Part shown: piece after piece, positions 8,233 to 17,000 of the stretch | How positions within the stretch are numbered: position 1 is the stretch's first letter | How the letters are laid out: every line of letters begins with the position of its first letter | DNA from: Candidatus Eiseniibacteriota bacterium | Lineage (GTDB): Bacteria > Eisenbacteria > RBG-16-71-46 > DASYSL01 | Length of the DNA stretch: 24,707 nt | Reading direction: 5' to 3' | NCBI GenBank assembly: GCA_031431875.1 | Contig: JANPEF010000120.1 | Span: 1 to 24,707, forward strand | Program-made: the position numbers and the translations under genes | Notes under the pieces: generated by a model | Database searches by the model: none | Seen by the model: the letters and a program-made list of their open reading frames with translations, nothing else | Told to the model about the DNA's origin: nothing

Positions 8233-8262
8233 ACGCTAAGTGCACGGGTGTGCAGCGGTCAA
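8233..8262 (-). promoter_or_regulatory. Sigma-70-type lexA promoter TTGACC-N18-TAGCGT
   Basis: On the minus strand, -35 at 8262..8257 and -10 at 8238..8233, about 65 nt upstream of the lexA ATG. Confidence 0.7.
8241..8254. promoter_or_regulatory. LexA (SOS) box TGCAC-GGGT-GTGCA
   Basis: Perfect 5-4-5 palindrome in the -35/-10 spacer of the lexA promoter. Matches the TGCNC-N4-GTGCA box known for Fibrobacter succinogenes LexA. An extra GTGCA half-site lies at 8272-8276. Confidence 0.8.
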
Positions 8263-8376
8263 GGGATTTTTGTGCAGGTCCGGGAGGGAGTGGTCGAGGT
8301 GGGGTGTCGGGGCGGGCCGGGCGGGCGGGGTCGATCTGACGGCGCTGGTTCAAGATGGAACATGAGAGGCGAATCA

Positions 8377-8394
8377 ACTTGCTGCGCAGCAAGT
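8377..8394. repeat. Perfect 18-bp palindrome ACTTGCTGCGCAGCAAGT
   Basis: Read directly from the sequence; intergenic. Confidence 0.7.
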
Positions 8395-8441
8395 CGTCGG
8401 GCCGGCCAGGAGGATCGACTGGTCCCGGGACCGGTGATTTG

Positions 8442-8523
8442 GTGCCGGCTCCGCGCCCGGACTGCCCGACTCACATGCGCTGGAGCATGTGGACTTGCAC
8501 ATCCGCGCGGCTGGAACCGGCAC
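8442..8523 (-). repeat. 82-nt imperfect nested inverted repeat (rod-like hairpin)
   Basis: Outer arms GTGCCGGCTCC / GGAACCGGCAC (fully paired with one G-U on the minus strand), inner CGGA/TCCG, TGC/GCA and CACATGC/GCATGTG. Confidence 0.5.
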
Positions 8524-8739
8524 GACGCCGCACCTCGTGCACGGCTCGCCGGCGGACGGCTGCCCCCGAGGCCACGATCCTTCGTCGCTCCACCGACGCG
8601 CACCGTCGACCGGTCGACGATTTTCGCGTGCGCGCCCACCAACAGATGCTGCGCGCCGAAACAGAAGTGCGCCACGAACACGCTGCAGGACAAGCGCATC
8701 CCGCGCTCGAGAGCAGAACCGCGGCGGCACCGATCAGGC

Positions 8740-8755
8740 TGGCACATCGATTGCA
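8740..8755 (+). promoter_or_regulatory. Sigma-54 (-24/-12) promoter TGGCAC-ATCGA-TTGCA
   Basis: Matches the TGGCAC-N5-TTGCW consensus with correct GG-N10-GC spacing; intergenic; predicted start near 8766. Confidence 0.75.
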
Positions 8756-8765
8756 AATGCATCGG

Positions 8766-8889
8766 AATGTCGGCGGCACGAGCTTCGGCCCGCATCGTCG
8801 ACAGACAGGTGGTGTGGGGAGGGTGCCCCGGGGCTGACCGCTATCGGGGGCCGGTGCGGCCATAGGACGCTCACCCCCACCACCTTCTT
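8766..8889 (+). ncRNA. Candidate sigma-54-dependent small RNA or structured leader
   Basis: Begins at the predicted sigma-54 start site. Long stem AGGTGGTG(8807)...CACCACCT(8885) encloses an inner CCCCG/CGGGG stem and is followed by TTCTT. No family recognised. Confidence 0.35.
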
Positions 8890-9015
8890 GCGTCGCCGAC
8901 TTCGATCGCCCCGCCCCACATTCGGTTTTCGCAACCGTTCGATTCAACCCCTCTCGCACCTCTCCGCCGCCATTTCGGACATCCTGTGCGGCAACGCGCA
9001 AGCAGGAGACTGCGG

Positions 9016-9105
9016 ATGACTGTCTTCGCGTTGTGCGGTGCGGGCCGCGCGGGCCGTGCGGGCCGCGCGGGCAGCCATGGCTTCGTGTATCCTGCCACCG
9101 GCTGA
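9016..9105 (+). CDS. Candidate 29-aa small ORF MTVFALCGAGRAGRAGRAGSHGFVYPATG
   Basis: AGGAG-7nt-ATG; contains an in-frame 9-nt tandem repeat; no homology recognised. Confidence 0.25.
   Translation: MTVFALCGAGRAGRAGRAGSHGFVYPATG
9040..9075 (+). repeat. 9-nt tandem repeat (GCGGGCCGY) x4
   Basis: gcgggccgc gcgggccgt gcgggccgc gcgggcagc. Confidence 0.8.
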
Positions 9106-9164
9106 ACGCCGCCGCGGCTCGGCCGCGTGAGTCGAGCGGCATCACGTCTGTCGCGCCCGGGGCG

Positions 9165-9186
9165 CCACACATCCACACATCCACAC
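9165..9186 (+). repeat. 8-nt tandem repeat CCACACAT x2.75
   Basis: ccacacat ccacacat ccacac. Confidence 0.8.
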
Positions 9187-9236
9187 CAGGGAGATCGCAT
9201 GCCGACAGCGGCCACAGGCTCCGTCAAGGATCTCGC

Positions 9237-11903
9237 GTGACGCCGGAACGGATCGGCCCCTACCCGATCGAGCGCGAGATCGGCCGCGGCGGCATGGGCG
9301 TGGTCTTCCTGGGGCGCGATACGCGCCTCGACCGCCGGGTCGCCATCAAGGTGCTTCCCGAGGCGTTCGCCCGCGATCCCGAGCGGCTCGCCCGTTTCGA
9401 ACGGGAGGCGCGCCTGGTGGCGTCGCTCAACCACCCCAACATCGCCGGCATCTACGGGATCGAAGAGGACCAGGCCGGCCATCGTTTCCTCGCCCTCGAG
9501 TACGTCGAGGGCAACACGCTGGCGGAGCGGGTCGCGGGGGGGCCGCTGTCGCTCGACGAGACGCTCGATGTCTGCCGCCAGGTGGCCGCGGCGCTCGAAG
9601 CCGCGCACGAAGGCGGTGTCGTGCACCGCGACCTGAAGCCCGCAAACATCAAGGTCACGCCGGCGGGCGAGGTCAAGGTCCTGGACTTCGGGCTCGCCAA
9701 GGGCGCCGGCGGCGGCGGCTCGGAGCCGGCGTCCGATCTTTCCCACTCTCCCACGATGGCCCTCAGCGCGACCGGCGTCGGCGTGATCCTCGGGACCGCG
9801 GCCTACATGAGCCCGGAGCAGGCCCGCGGCAAGACCGTCGATAAGCGTGCCGATATCTGGTCGTTCGGCTGCCTGCTCTACGAGTGCCTGACCGGCCGCC
9901 AGGCATTCGCCGGCGAGACCGTTTCGGACATGATCGCGCGCATCCTCCAGGGCGAGCCGGACTGGAACGCGCTGCCGGCCGCAACGCCCGAGCGGGTGCG
10001 CGGGTTGTTGCGCCGCTGCCTCGAGAAGGATGCGAAACGGCGGCTCCGGGACATCGGTGACGCCCGCATGGAGATCGAGGACGTGCAGTCGGTGCGGGCG
10101 TCCAGTTCGTCGATCGGCACGGCTGCCGCGGCGGCCCCGGGCTCCCGCCGGTGGTTCGAGTGGTCGCGCCTCGTCGGCGTCGCCCTGCTGGCGGCCGCGG
10201 TGGCCTGGTTCGCGCCGCGCGCATTCAACCGCCCCGAGAAGGCACTGCCTTCGCGCTTCGAGATTATCCAGCCCGAAGACGTGTTCATGTCCGTCGACGG
10301 GGCTTCCCCCGCGCTCTCTCCCGACGGCCGCTCGTTGGCCTTCGTGGCAATCGACTCCACCGGCGAAGGACGCATCTGGCTGAGGCATCTCGAATCCACG
10401 GTGGCCCGGCCGATCCCCGGCACGAACGGGACGAGCCCCCTGATCTTCTGGTCCCCGGACAGCCGCCAGATCGCGTTCACCACCGATGAGAAGCTCAAGA
10501 GGGTCGCCGTGGCGGGCGGGGACGCCGAGGTCGTGTGTCCGATCAAGACGATCCGCGGCGGCAGCTGGAGCGCGGATGGCGTGATCCTCATCGCGCCCAA
10601 CTCGAATGACCGGATCTACCGCGTTCCGGCCGGCGGTGGCGAGCCGCAGCCGGTGACCACCCTCGACTCGACGCTCGGCGAGACGGCGCATCGTTTCCCG
10701 CAATTCCTGCCCGATGGGCGGCACTTCCTGTTCACTGCGCTTCCTGCGCGCGCGGGAAAATTCGACACCTATGTCGGCTCGCTCGATTCGCCCGAGCGCC
10801 GGCTGTTGCTGTCCGCCGACACCGGTGTGACCTGGGCGCCACCCGGCCACCTTCTGTTCGCGCGCGACGGCAAGCTCATGGCCCAGGGCTTCGACGCCCG
10901 GGCACTCAAGTTGCGCGGCGAGCCCACGTCCCTGGGCGATGCCGTCTCTCAGACGGAATTCTCGGGCGGCCCGATCGTCTCGGCTTCGCAGACGGGCTCG
11001 GTCGCCTTCGGCACGTTGCGCGTGACGAATCAGCGGCTGGCCTGGTTCGACTTCGCCGGTCAGGAGACTGCCTCCATCCCGCTCGCGCCCGGGCCCTACT
11101 CCGGCGTTTCGCTCTCGCCGGACGACCGGCGCGCCGCGCTCAGGCGATTCGAGTCGGTGGACGCGCAGGATCTCTGGATCGCCGACCTCGAGCGAGGCGT
11201 GGCCACTCGGCTCACCGACGATCAAGGAATCAGTGAAAGAGCATACTGGTCCCCGGACGGAACACGCATCGCCTACCTGTGGAGCAATCAATCGCCGCCG
11301 ATCTTGAAGATCAAATCGCTCGTTGGGGATTCCGTGTCGACGTTTCTGGACACCGACCCGCTCTTCAAGCAGCTGCATGGCTGGACGCCCGACGGGCGCA
11401 GCATCCTCTACTCGCGACTGGATCCGGTGTCCCAGTGGGACCTCTGGGTGCTCCCGCTGGATGGCGATCGCAAACCCCGTCCCTATCTGCAGACTCGCTT
11501 CGTCGAACTCGGCGGCCAGGTCTCACCCGACGGTCGATGGCTCGCCTACCAGTCCGACGAGTCCGGCCAGACCGAGGGCTACGTGCAGTCGTTTCCCGTA
11601 CCCGGGGGCAAGTACCAGGTCACGACCGGCGGCGGGTCGAATGCCGGCTGGAGCCCGGATGGCAAGCAGCTCATCTACAGGCTGAGTTCCGATCCGCTGC
11701 ACGGCTTCGAGGCAGACGTGCAAGCCGACGGCGAGTTTCGGCTCGGCCCGCCCCGTGTCGCCATCACGTGGCCGAAGGACAATCGGGGAGTCACGCGCGC
11801 CCGCACCAGCCGGCGGACTCTCGCCCTGCTCCCGGCGGGGAACGATCCGCCGCGATCGATCACGATCGTGCTCGACGGGCTCCCGGGGGCGTCGACACCC
11901 TAG
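9237..11903 (+). CDS. Hanks-type Ser/Thr protein kinase with a TM helix and C-terminal TolB/PD40-like beta-propellers
   Basis: AAGGA-6nt-GTG at 9237. Kinase motifs IGRGGMGVV, VAIK, HRDLKPAN, DFGLAK, GTAAYMSPEQ, DIWSFG. TM LVGVALLAAAVAWFA. Repeated (W/L)SPDG motifs. Confidence 0.95.
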   Translation: MTPERIGPYPIEREIGRGGMGVVFLGRDTRLDRRVAIKVLPEAFARDPERLARFEREARLVASLNHPNIAGIYGIEEDQAGHRFLALEYVEGNTLAERVAGGPLSLDETLDVCRQVAAALEAAHEGGVVHRDLKPANIKVTPAGEVKVLDFGLAKGAGGGGSEPASDLSHSPTMALSATGVGVILGTAAYMSPEQARGKTVDKRADIWSFGCLLYECLTGRQAFAGETVSDMIARILQGEPDWNALPAATPERVRGLLRRCLEKDAKRRLRDIGDARMEIEDVQSVRASSSSIGTAAAAAPGSRRWFEWSRLVGVALLAAAVAWFAPRAFNRPEKALPSRFEIIQPEDVFMSVDGASPALSPDGRSLAFVAIDSTGEGRIWLRHLESTVARPIPGTNGTSPLIFWSPDSRQIAFTTDEKLKRVAVAGGDAEVVCPIKTIRGGSWSADGVILIAPNSNDRIYRVPAGGGEPQPVTTLDSTLGETAHRFPQFLPDGRHFLFTALPARAGKFDTYVGSLDSPERRLLLSADTGVTWAPPGHLLFARDGKLMAQGFDARALKLRGEPTSLGDAVSQTEFSGGPIVSASQTGSVAFGTLRVTNQRLAWFDFAGQETASIPLAPGPYSGVSLSPDDRRAALRRFESVDAQDLWIADLERGVATRLTDDQGISERAYWSPDGTRIAYLWSNQSPPILKIKSLVGDSVSTFLDTDPLFKQLHGWTPDGRSILYSRLDPVSQWDLWVLPLDGDRKPRPYLQTRFVELGGQVSPDGRWLAYQSDESGQTEGYVQSFPVPGGKYQVTTGGGSNAGWSPDGKQLIYRLSSDPLHGFEADVQADGEFRLGPPRVAITWPKDNRGVTRARTSRRTLALLPAGNDPPRSITIVLDGLPGASTP

Positions 11904-11911
11904 TCGACGAC

Positions 11912-13876
11912 CTACGGCGCGAACACCACCCGCCGCCCTTCGCCGACGACCCGATCGTCGACCCACAGGCGCGCCCAGTAGACTCCCGCGGCCGAGCGCC
12001 GGCCCGCGTCGTCGCGGCCGTCCCAGCGCGGCGCGTTCGACGCGCGATACGCCCCGCCCGCAAGCGCGCCCAGGTCGTAGCGCCGCACGGCGCGCCCGCG
12101 TGAATCGTGGATCACCAGCTGCACGTCTCCCGCGGCCGTCGCCAGGTCGAACGGAAACGTGACCGAACCACCGAACGCCGGCTGTGGATACGGCGCGAGG
12201 AACGCGGTCGTTGCCGGTGCGGGTGGCGGCGGCGGCTCGCCGGTCACCACGATCGGCGAGAATGCGCGAGCGAACTCGCCGGGGAAGGTGCCCTGCGGCA
12301 GGAGCTCGACATAGTAGAAGTAGCGACCGACGGGCAGCAGTTCATCCAACTGGAACGGACACGGCCCCGCGAACGGGCTGCCGGGCAGTTCGATCGCCGC
12401 GGCCGGGATCGGCGGCGCGAGCGGCGGATTGGTCTCGAGGTCATCCCACGCCAGGCGGTGGACACGGAACGCGCGGCCGGTCGCATCGCCCGAGCAGACC
12501 ACGGTGACCCGCGCCGTATCCGGCGCGATGAACGTGCCGCCGATGGCCACGTCGCCCGCGAACGTCTGCGTCCACGCGAACTTCGCGCGCAGGCGGGCTC
12601 CCGTCGACGGCGGCGCTGTCCACACCGCGTACCAGCGATCGAGCGTCGGGTCGTACGCCGCATTGGGATACGAGTCGAGCGCCTGGAGTGCGCCGCCGGG
12701 CGAATCGAGCGTGGCGTAGCCGATCGGCTCACGCTCGACCGAAAGGACCTTCGCCGGCTGGCCGGGCGAGAAGTCGGTCCACAGCACCCGGTAGCGCGGC
12801 AGCGCACCCGCCGCGCACGGCGGGTTGCACACGTCGCTCGTTGCCAGGCTCAGGTCTCGCCAGTCGGGCGGCTCGTTGCCGCCACCCTTGACCACGGCGG
12901 CCTGGAAGATGATGGGACCGGGGCGGAAGCCAGCCGCGTTCCACACGTACTCGCGCACGTGGTCCTCCTCACCGGTGGGCGTTTCCTCGCGCACGAAGGC
13001 GACCATGCGCACGGCGCTCGACGTGTCGGGCTGCACCGCGTGCTCGAACACGGCGCGCGCCGCCAACACGTCGTTCGCACCCTGTTCCCACGCGCTCCCC
13101 GTCCACGTCTTCGCCCACAGCACGCTGGTCGCGTTGGCAAAGCCGAAAAACACGACCGGCCGACCGCCTGGGCCAGCGGCGATCTCGGGTCGCGTCTCGG
13201 CCAGGCCGGCGGCGCTCACCAGAATCGGCCCGCTCCACGCGCCCACGGCGAAGTGCACCGAGTACAGATCGCGATCGAGCGAGAACGGATTGTCCGGCGG
13301 GCCGACCGCGTAAGCGACCCAGGCCTCATCGCGGCTCACGGCGTGAACGGCGAACTCCGAGGGGAAGAACTCGCGGTTCGGCAGCGCCAGCCCCGTGGCC
13401 ACCGTTTCGGGCTCGGCCCACACGCCGTCGACGCGCCGGGCGACGACCAGGTTGCTGAACAGCGTCGCCGACCCGTCCCGATCGTCGAACTGCAGCCAGG
13501 CGAGCCAGAGCGTGCCGTCGGCGGCGCGGGCCAGGCGCGGGAACTGGTTCTGCAGCGGCGAGGGCGCGAAGACGCGGGCGGCCGGCGACCAACCAGTGCC
13601 GTCGAAGTGGCTCGACACGACTTCGTACGGCACCGTGTTCAGCAGGCGATTGGCCCAGATCGCGATCGGCGCGCCGTCGCGATCGAGGGCGACCTGCGCC
13701 CGCTGGCCTTCACCCGCAGCCGGGTCGATGAAGCCGGACACGGTCCAGCCTTCGGCGAGGACGGCGTCGGGCGCGGAGGCGGGCGTCGCGGCGAGCGCCG
13801 GCGGCGGCGGGGCGGCGACTGCAATGGCAAGGGCGAGGACAAGGGCGAGCCGGATGGCGAGCGGACGAACGCGCAT
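11912..13876 (-). CDS. Secreted hypothetical protein with a beta-rich/propeller-like body and C-terminal FlgD-Ig (T9SS-CTD-like) domain
   Basis: Signal peptide MRVRPLAIRLALVLALAIAVAA. Repeated G.W..P blade-like motifs. C-terminus PYPQP...F.L...V.L.IHDSRGRAVR...WDGRDDAG...AAGVYW.RL. Confidence 0.85.
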   Translation of the reverse strand: MRVRPLAIRLALVLALAIAVAAPPPPALAATPASAPDAVLAEGWTVSGFIDPAAGEGQRAQVALDRDGAPIAIWANRLLNTVPYEVVSSHFDGTGWSPAARVFAPSPLQNQFPRLARAADGTLWLAWLQFDDRDGSATLFSNLVVARRVDGVWAEPETVATGLALPNREFFPSEFAVHAVSRDEAWVAYAVGPPDNPFSLDRDLYSVHFAVGAWSGPILVSAAGLAETRPEIAAGPGGRPVVFFGFANATSVLWAKTWTGSAWEQGANDVLAARAVFEHAVQPDTSSAVRMVAFVREETPTGEEDHVREYVWNAAGFRPGPIIFQAAVVKGGGNEPPDWRDLSLATSDVCNPPCAAGALPRYRVLWTDFSPGQPAKVLSVEREPIGYATLDSPGGALQALDSYPNAAYDPTLDRWYAVWTAPPSTGARLRAKFAWTQTFAGDVAIGGTFIAPDTARVTVVCSGDATGRAFRVHRLAWDDLETNPPLAPPIPAAAIELPGSPFAGPCPFQLDELLPVGRYFYYVELLPQGTFPGEFARAFSPIVVTGEPPPPPAPATTAFLAPYPQPAFGGSVTFPFDLATAAGDVQLVIHDSRGRAVRRYDLGALAGGAYRASNAPRWDGRDDAGRRSAAGVYWARLWVDDRVVGEGRRVVFAP

Positions 13877-13991
13877 GGATGAGCACTCCGAAGACGAAAA
13901 TGCCCGGGGGCGCGAGTCGTCCCGCGCAGGGGCGGCCGCCCCCGGTCACCCGGTCCATGCAGAGTGTGGAGGATTCGGCCGGGCGGCACAA

Positions 13992-14024
13992 GCCGCGCCT
14001 GGGCCGCGCCTAGGCCGCGCCTAG
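13992..14024. repeat. 11-nt tandem repeat GCCGCGCCTRG x3 overlapping the histidine kinase stop
   Basis: gccgcgcctgg gccgcgcctag gccgcgcctag. Confidence 0.75.
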
Positions 14025-17000
14025 GCGGCGTTGCGCCTCGCGGCCCGGCGGACTACCTCGAGGACGTCCTCGAGGGTGAACGGCTTGGCGATGACGTCGG
14101 TCACGCCGGACTCCGCGAGGAGTTGGTCGTCGAGCTGGATCCCCCACCCGGTGACCAGCACCACGGGCGGCGCATCCGGACGCCCGCGCACGGCGCTCGC
14201 CACGTCCCAACCCGACATCTCGGGCATCCCCAGGTCGGTGAGCACCAGGTCGACCGGCGGGGACTGTAGATCGCGCGTCGACGCCTCGAGTGCGGCCACG
14301 AGCTCGCGGCCCGAGGCGAACGCCTCGGCGGTGTGGCCGGCGACGCGCAGCAGGTCGGCGAGCAGCGTGCGCACGCCGGGTTCGTCGTCGGCGACGAGGA
14401 TGCGCAGCGCGGGGCCGGTAGCGAACACGGTCGCCCCCGGGCGTGGCGGGGTGGCGGGGACGGCCGTGGCGAGGACGGTCCCCTCGGCCGCGGGCAGGAT
14501 CACGTGCATCGACGTGCCGCGGCCCGGCGCGCTGGTCACCTCGATGCGGCCGCCGTGGCGCTGCACGATGCCGTACACGACCGACAGTCCGAGGCCCACG
14601 CCGCGCACGCCCTTCGTGGTGAAGAAGGGATCGAAGATGCGCACGCGCTCCTCGTCGTCCATGCCGATGCCGGTGTCGGCGACCGTGAGGCACACCTCGC
14701 CGGTCGGCGTGCGGTCGGTGCCGAGGCGCAGCGTGCCGCCCTCGGGCATCGCGTCGAGCGCATTGAGGATGAGGTTGGTCAGCACCTCGCGCAACTCCGA
14801 CGCCTCACCTGCGACGTCCGGCACCGCTCCGGGCGTGTGCGCGACCTCGTAGGCGATGCCGGCGCGGCCGGCCTCGTCGCGCCAGCGACCGCGCGTGAGC
14901 GAGAGGCTATCCTCGATCACCTGCGCCAGCGCGACCGGGCGGAATCCGTGATCGGTGCGCACGCGCGTGAAGTCCTGGAGTCGGCGCACGGTCGCGGCGC
15001 CGTCCTGCGCCGCCTTTTCGATGATCTCCAGTTCGGCCGCCGTGTCGCGGTCGCCCGCACCATCGCCGAGCGCGAGCTTGAGCAACTGCGCACGGCCCAG
15101 GATGGCGCCGAGCACGTTGTTGAAGTCGTGCGCCACTCCCGACGCCATCTCGCCGAGCGCGCGCAACTTCTCGCTGCGCACGAGCCCGTCCTGCGCCTCG
15201 TCGAGCTGCGTGTACGAATCCTGCAGGCGGGTGAACAACTGCGCGTTCTTGAGCGCGACGCCGACGTGATACGACACCGCTTCGAGCAGGCGGACCTGCC
15301 CGTCGTCGAATCCTTCGGCTCGCGCCGAGGCGGCGACGATCGCGGCGGTGACGACGCCGTCGAGAGCGATCGGCACCAGCACCAGGCTCGCCATTCCCTC
15401 GGCGACGACGCGCGCCTCGACGGAGCATCTCTCGACGCCCAGGTCGGCCAGAACGAATGCGCGATGCGGCGTGAGCGTCTCGGGATCGATCGCCTCCTCG
15501 AAGCTCCACGCCAGGTCGTCGCCGTCGTCGGCCACCCCGCTCGACACGTCGAGCGCGACCGTCCGGCGAACGCGGCGCGCTTCGTGGTCGTAGTGCAGCA
15601 CGGCATAGCGCTCGCAGGGGACGACGCGCGCAAGCTGGCTCACGATCGCGCGATCGAGCCGCCGCGGATCGAGCGTCGAGGAGACGGCACGGGCGATCTC
15701 GTTCACCGCCTCGAAGCGCGTGGCGCGCGCCCGCGTCTCGACCAGCAGGCGCGCGTTCTGCAGGACCATCGCGGCCTGGTTGGCGACCGAGGCGAGCAGG
15801 CGCTCGTCGTCCGGGCCGAATGCGGCCAGGCGATCCGATTCGACGTCGAGCACGCCGAGCACGCGGTCGCCGATGCGCAGCGGCAGCGCGAGCTCCGAGC
15901 GGATGTCGTCGGTGGCCGCGACATAGCCCGCCTCGGCGGTGACGTCGGCCACGTTGATCACCACGCCATCGCGCAACGTGCGCGCCGTCACCGAGTCACC
16001 GTCGGCCGGGAGCCGAATCGTGGCCAGGTTCGCGTGGTAGCCGACCGAGGCGCGCACGTAGAGCGTGCGGCCACTCTCATCGGGCAGCAGGATCGCCGCG
16101 TTGCGGTAGTGCAGGCGCTGGTGCACGACGCGCAGGATGTCCTCGAGAACGGCCTCGAGCGCATCGGCCTTGCCGACCGAGCGGCTCACCTCGGTCAGCG
16201 TCTGGTTCTCGACCAGTTGCGCCTCGGTGCGGGCGAACAGGCGTGCGTTCTCGAGCGCCGCATCGATCGGGCGGAGGATGCGGCGCAGGAGCGCGATCTC
16301 GTCGTCGCTGAAGGCGTGCGGCCGGAGGCGTCCCAGCGCCAGCGCCGCGACCGTGCCGGCGCTGTCGCGCAGCGGCAGCACGACCACGCTGCGGGCGAGC
16401 CCCCCGAGTGCGGCGTCGAGCGCCGGCTCGGCGCCGACGTCCGCGATGCTCACCACCACGCCGGCGCTCGACGCGGCGCCATGCGCGGCCAGCGCGGCCG
16501 ACACGGGATCCGCGGCCACGACGCTCGGCGCGCCGACCCACCCGTACGGCGCGTCGAACACTTCGCGCAACGAGGTGAGCGCGCTGGCCAGCACGTCCGC
16601 GCGATCCAGCGAGCGCGAGACGCGGCGCCCGACCAGGTCGAGGGCCGCAAGTTCCTGGTTCTGGCGGCGCAGCCGGCGATCGTCGGCCCGCTCGCGTGTG
16701 ACGTCGCGCACGACCCACAGGCGACCGATCGGACGGCCGGCGCCGTCGCGCACGGGGCGCGTCGTCACGTCGACCAGGAGCAAACCGTCGCCCCCCGCAG
16801 CCGCGCCGGCAGGCGTGGCGGCTCGCAACGCGCCGCTGCGCGTGGCCTCCAGTTCGGGGCGCTCGAGCGCGCGCGCCACCCACTGGGCGGCAGCCCGCGG
16901 ATCGGCCCAGCGGTCGGCGAGCGCGGCCAGGCCCTGTTCGACGCTGCGGCCCTCGAACGCCGTGGCGGGACGCCCGCACAGGCGCGCGAACGGTTCGTTG

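Noticed and set aside
8496..8541. Further LexA-box-like strings (TGCAC-ATCC-GCGCG; CGCAC-CTC-GTGCA)
   Set aside because: Two mismatches or wrong spacer length, and not positioned at an evident promoter.
8143..9184. Several 60-240 aa ORFs in the lexA-kinase gap
   Set aside because: Mutually overlapping, with Arg/Cys/Ser-rich non-coding composition and no recognisable motifs.
8871..11378. 835-aa minus-strand ORF
   Set aside because: Antisense shadow of the Ser/Thr kinase.
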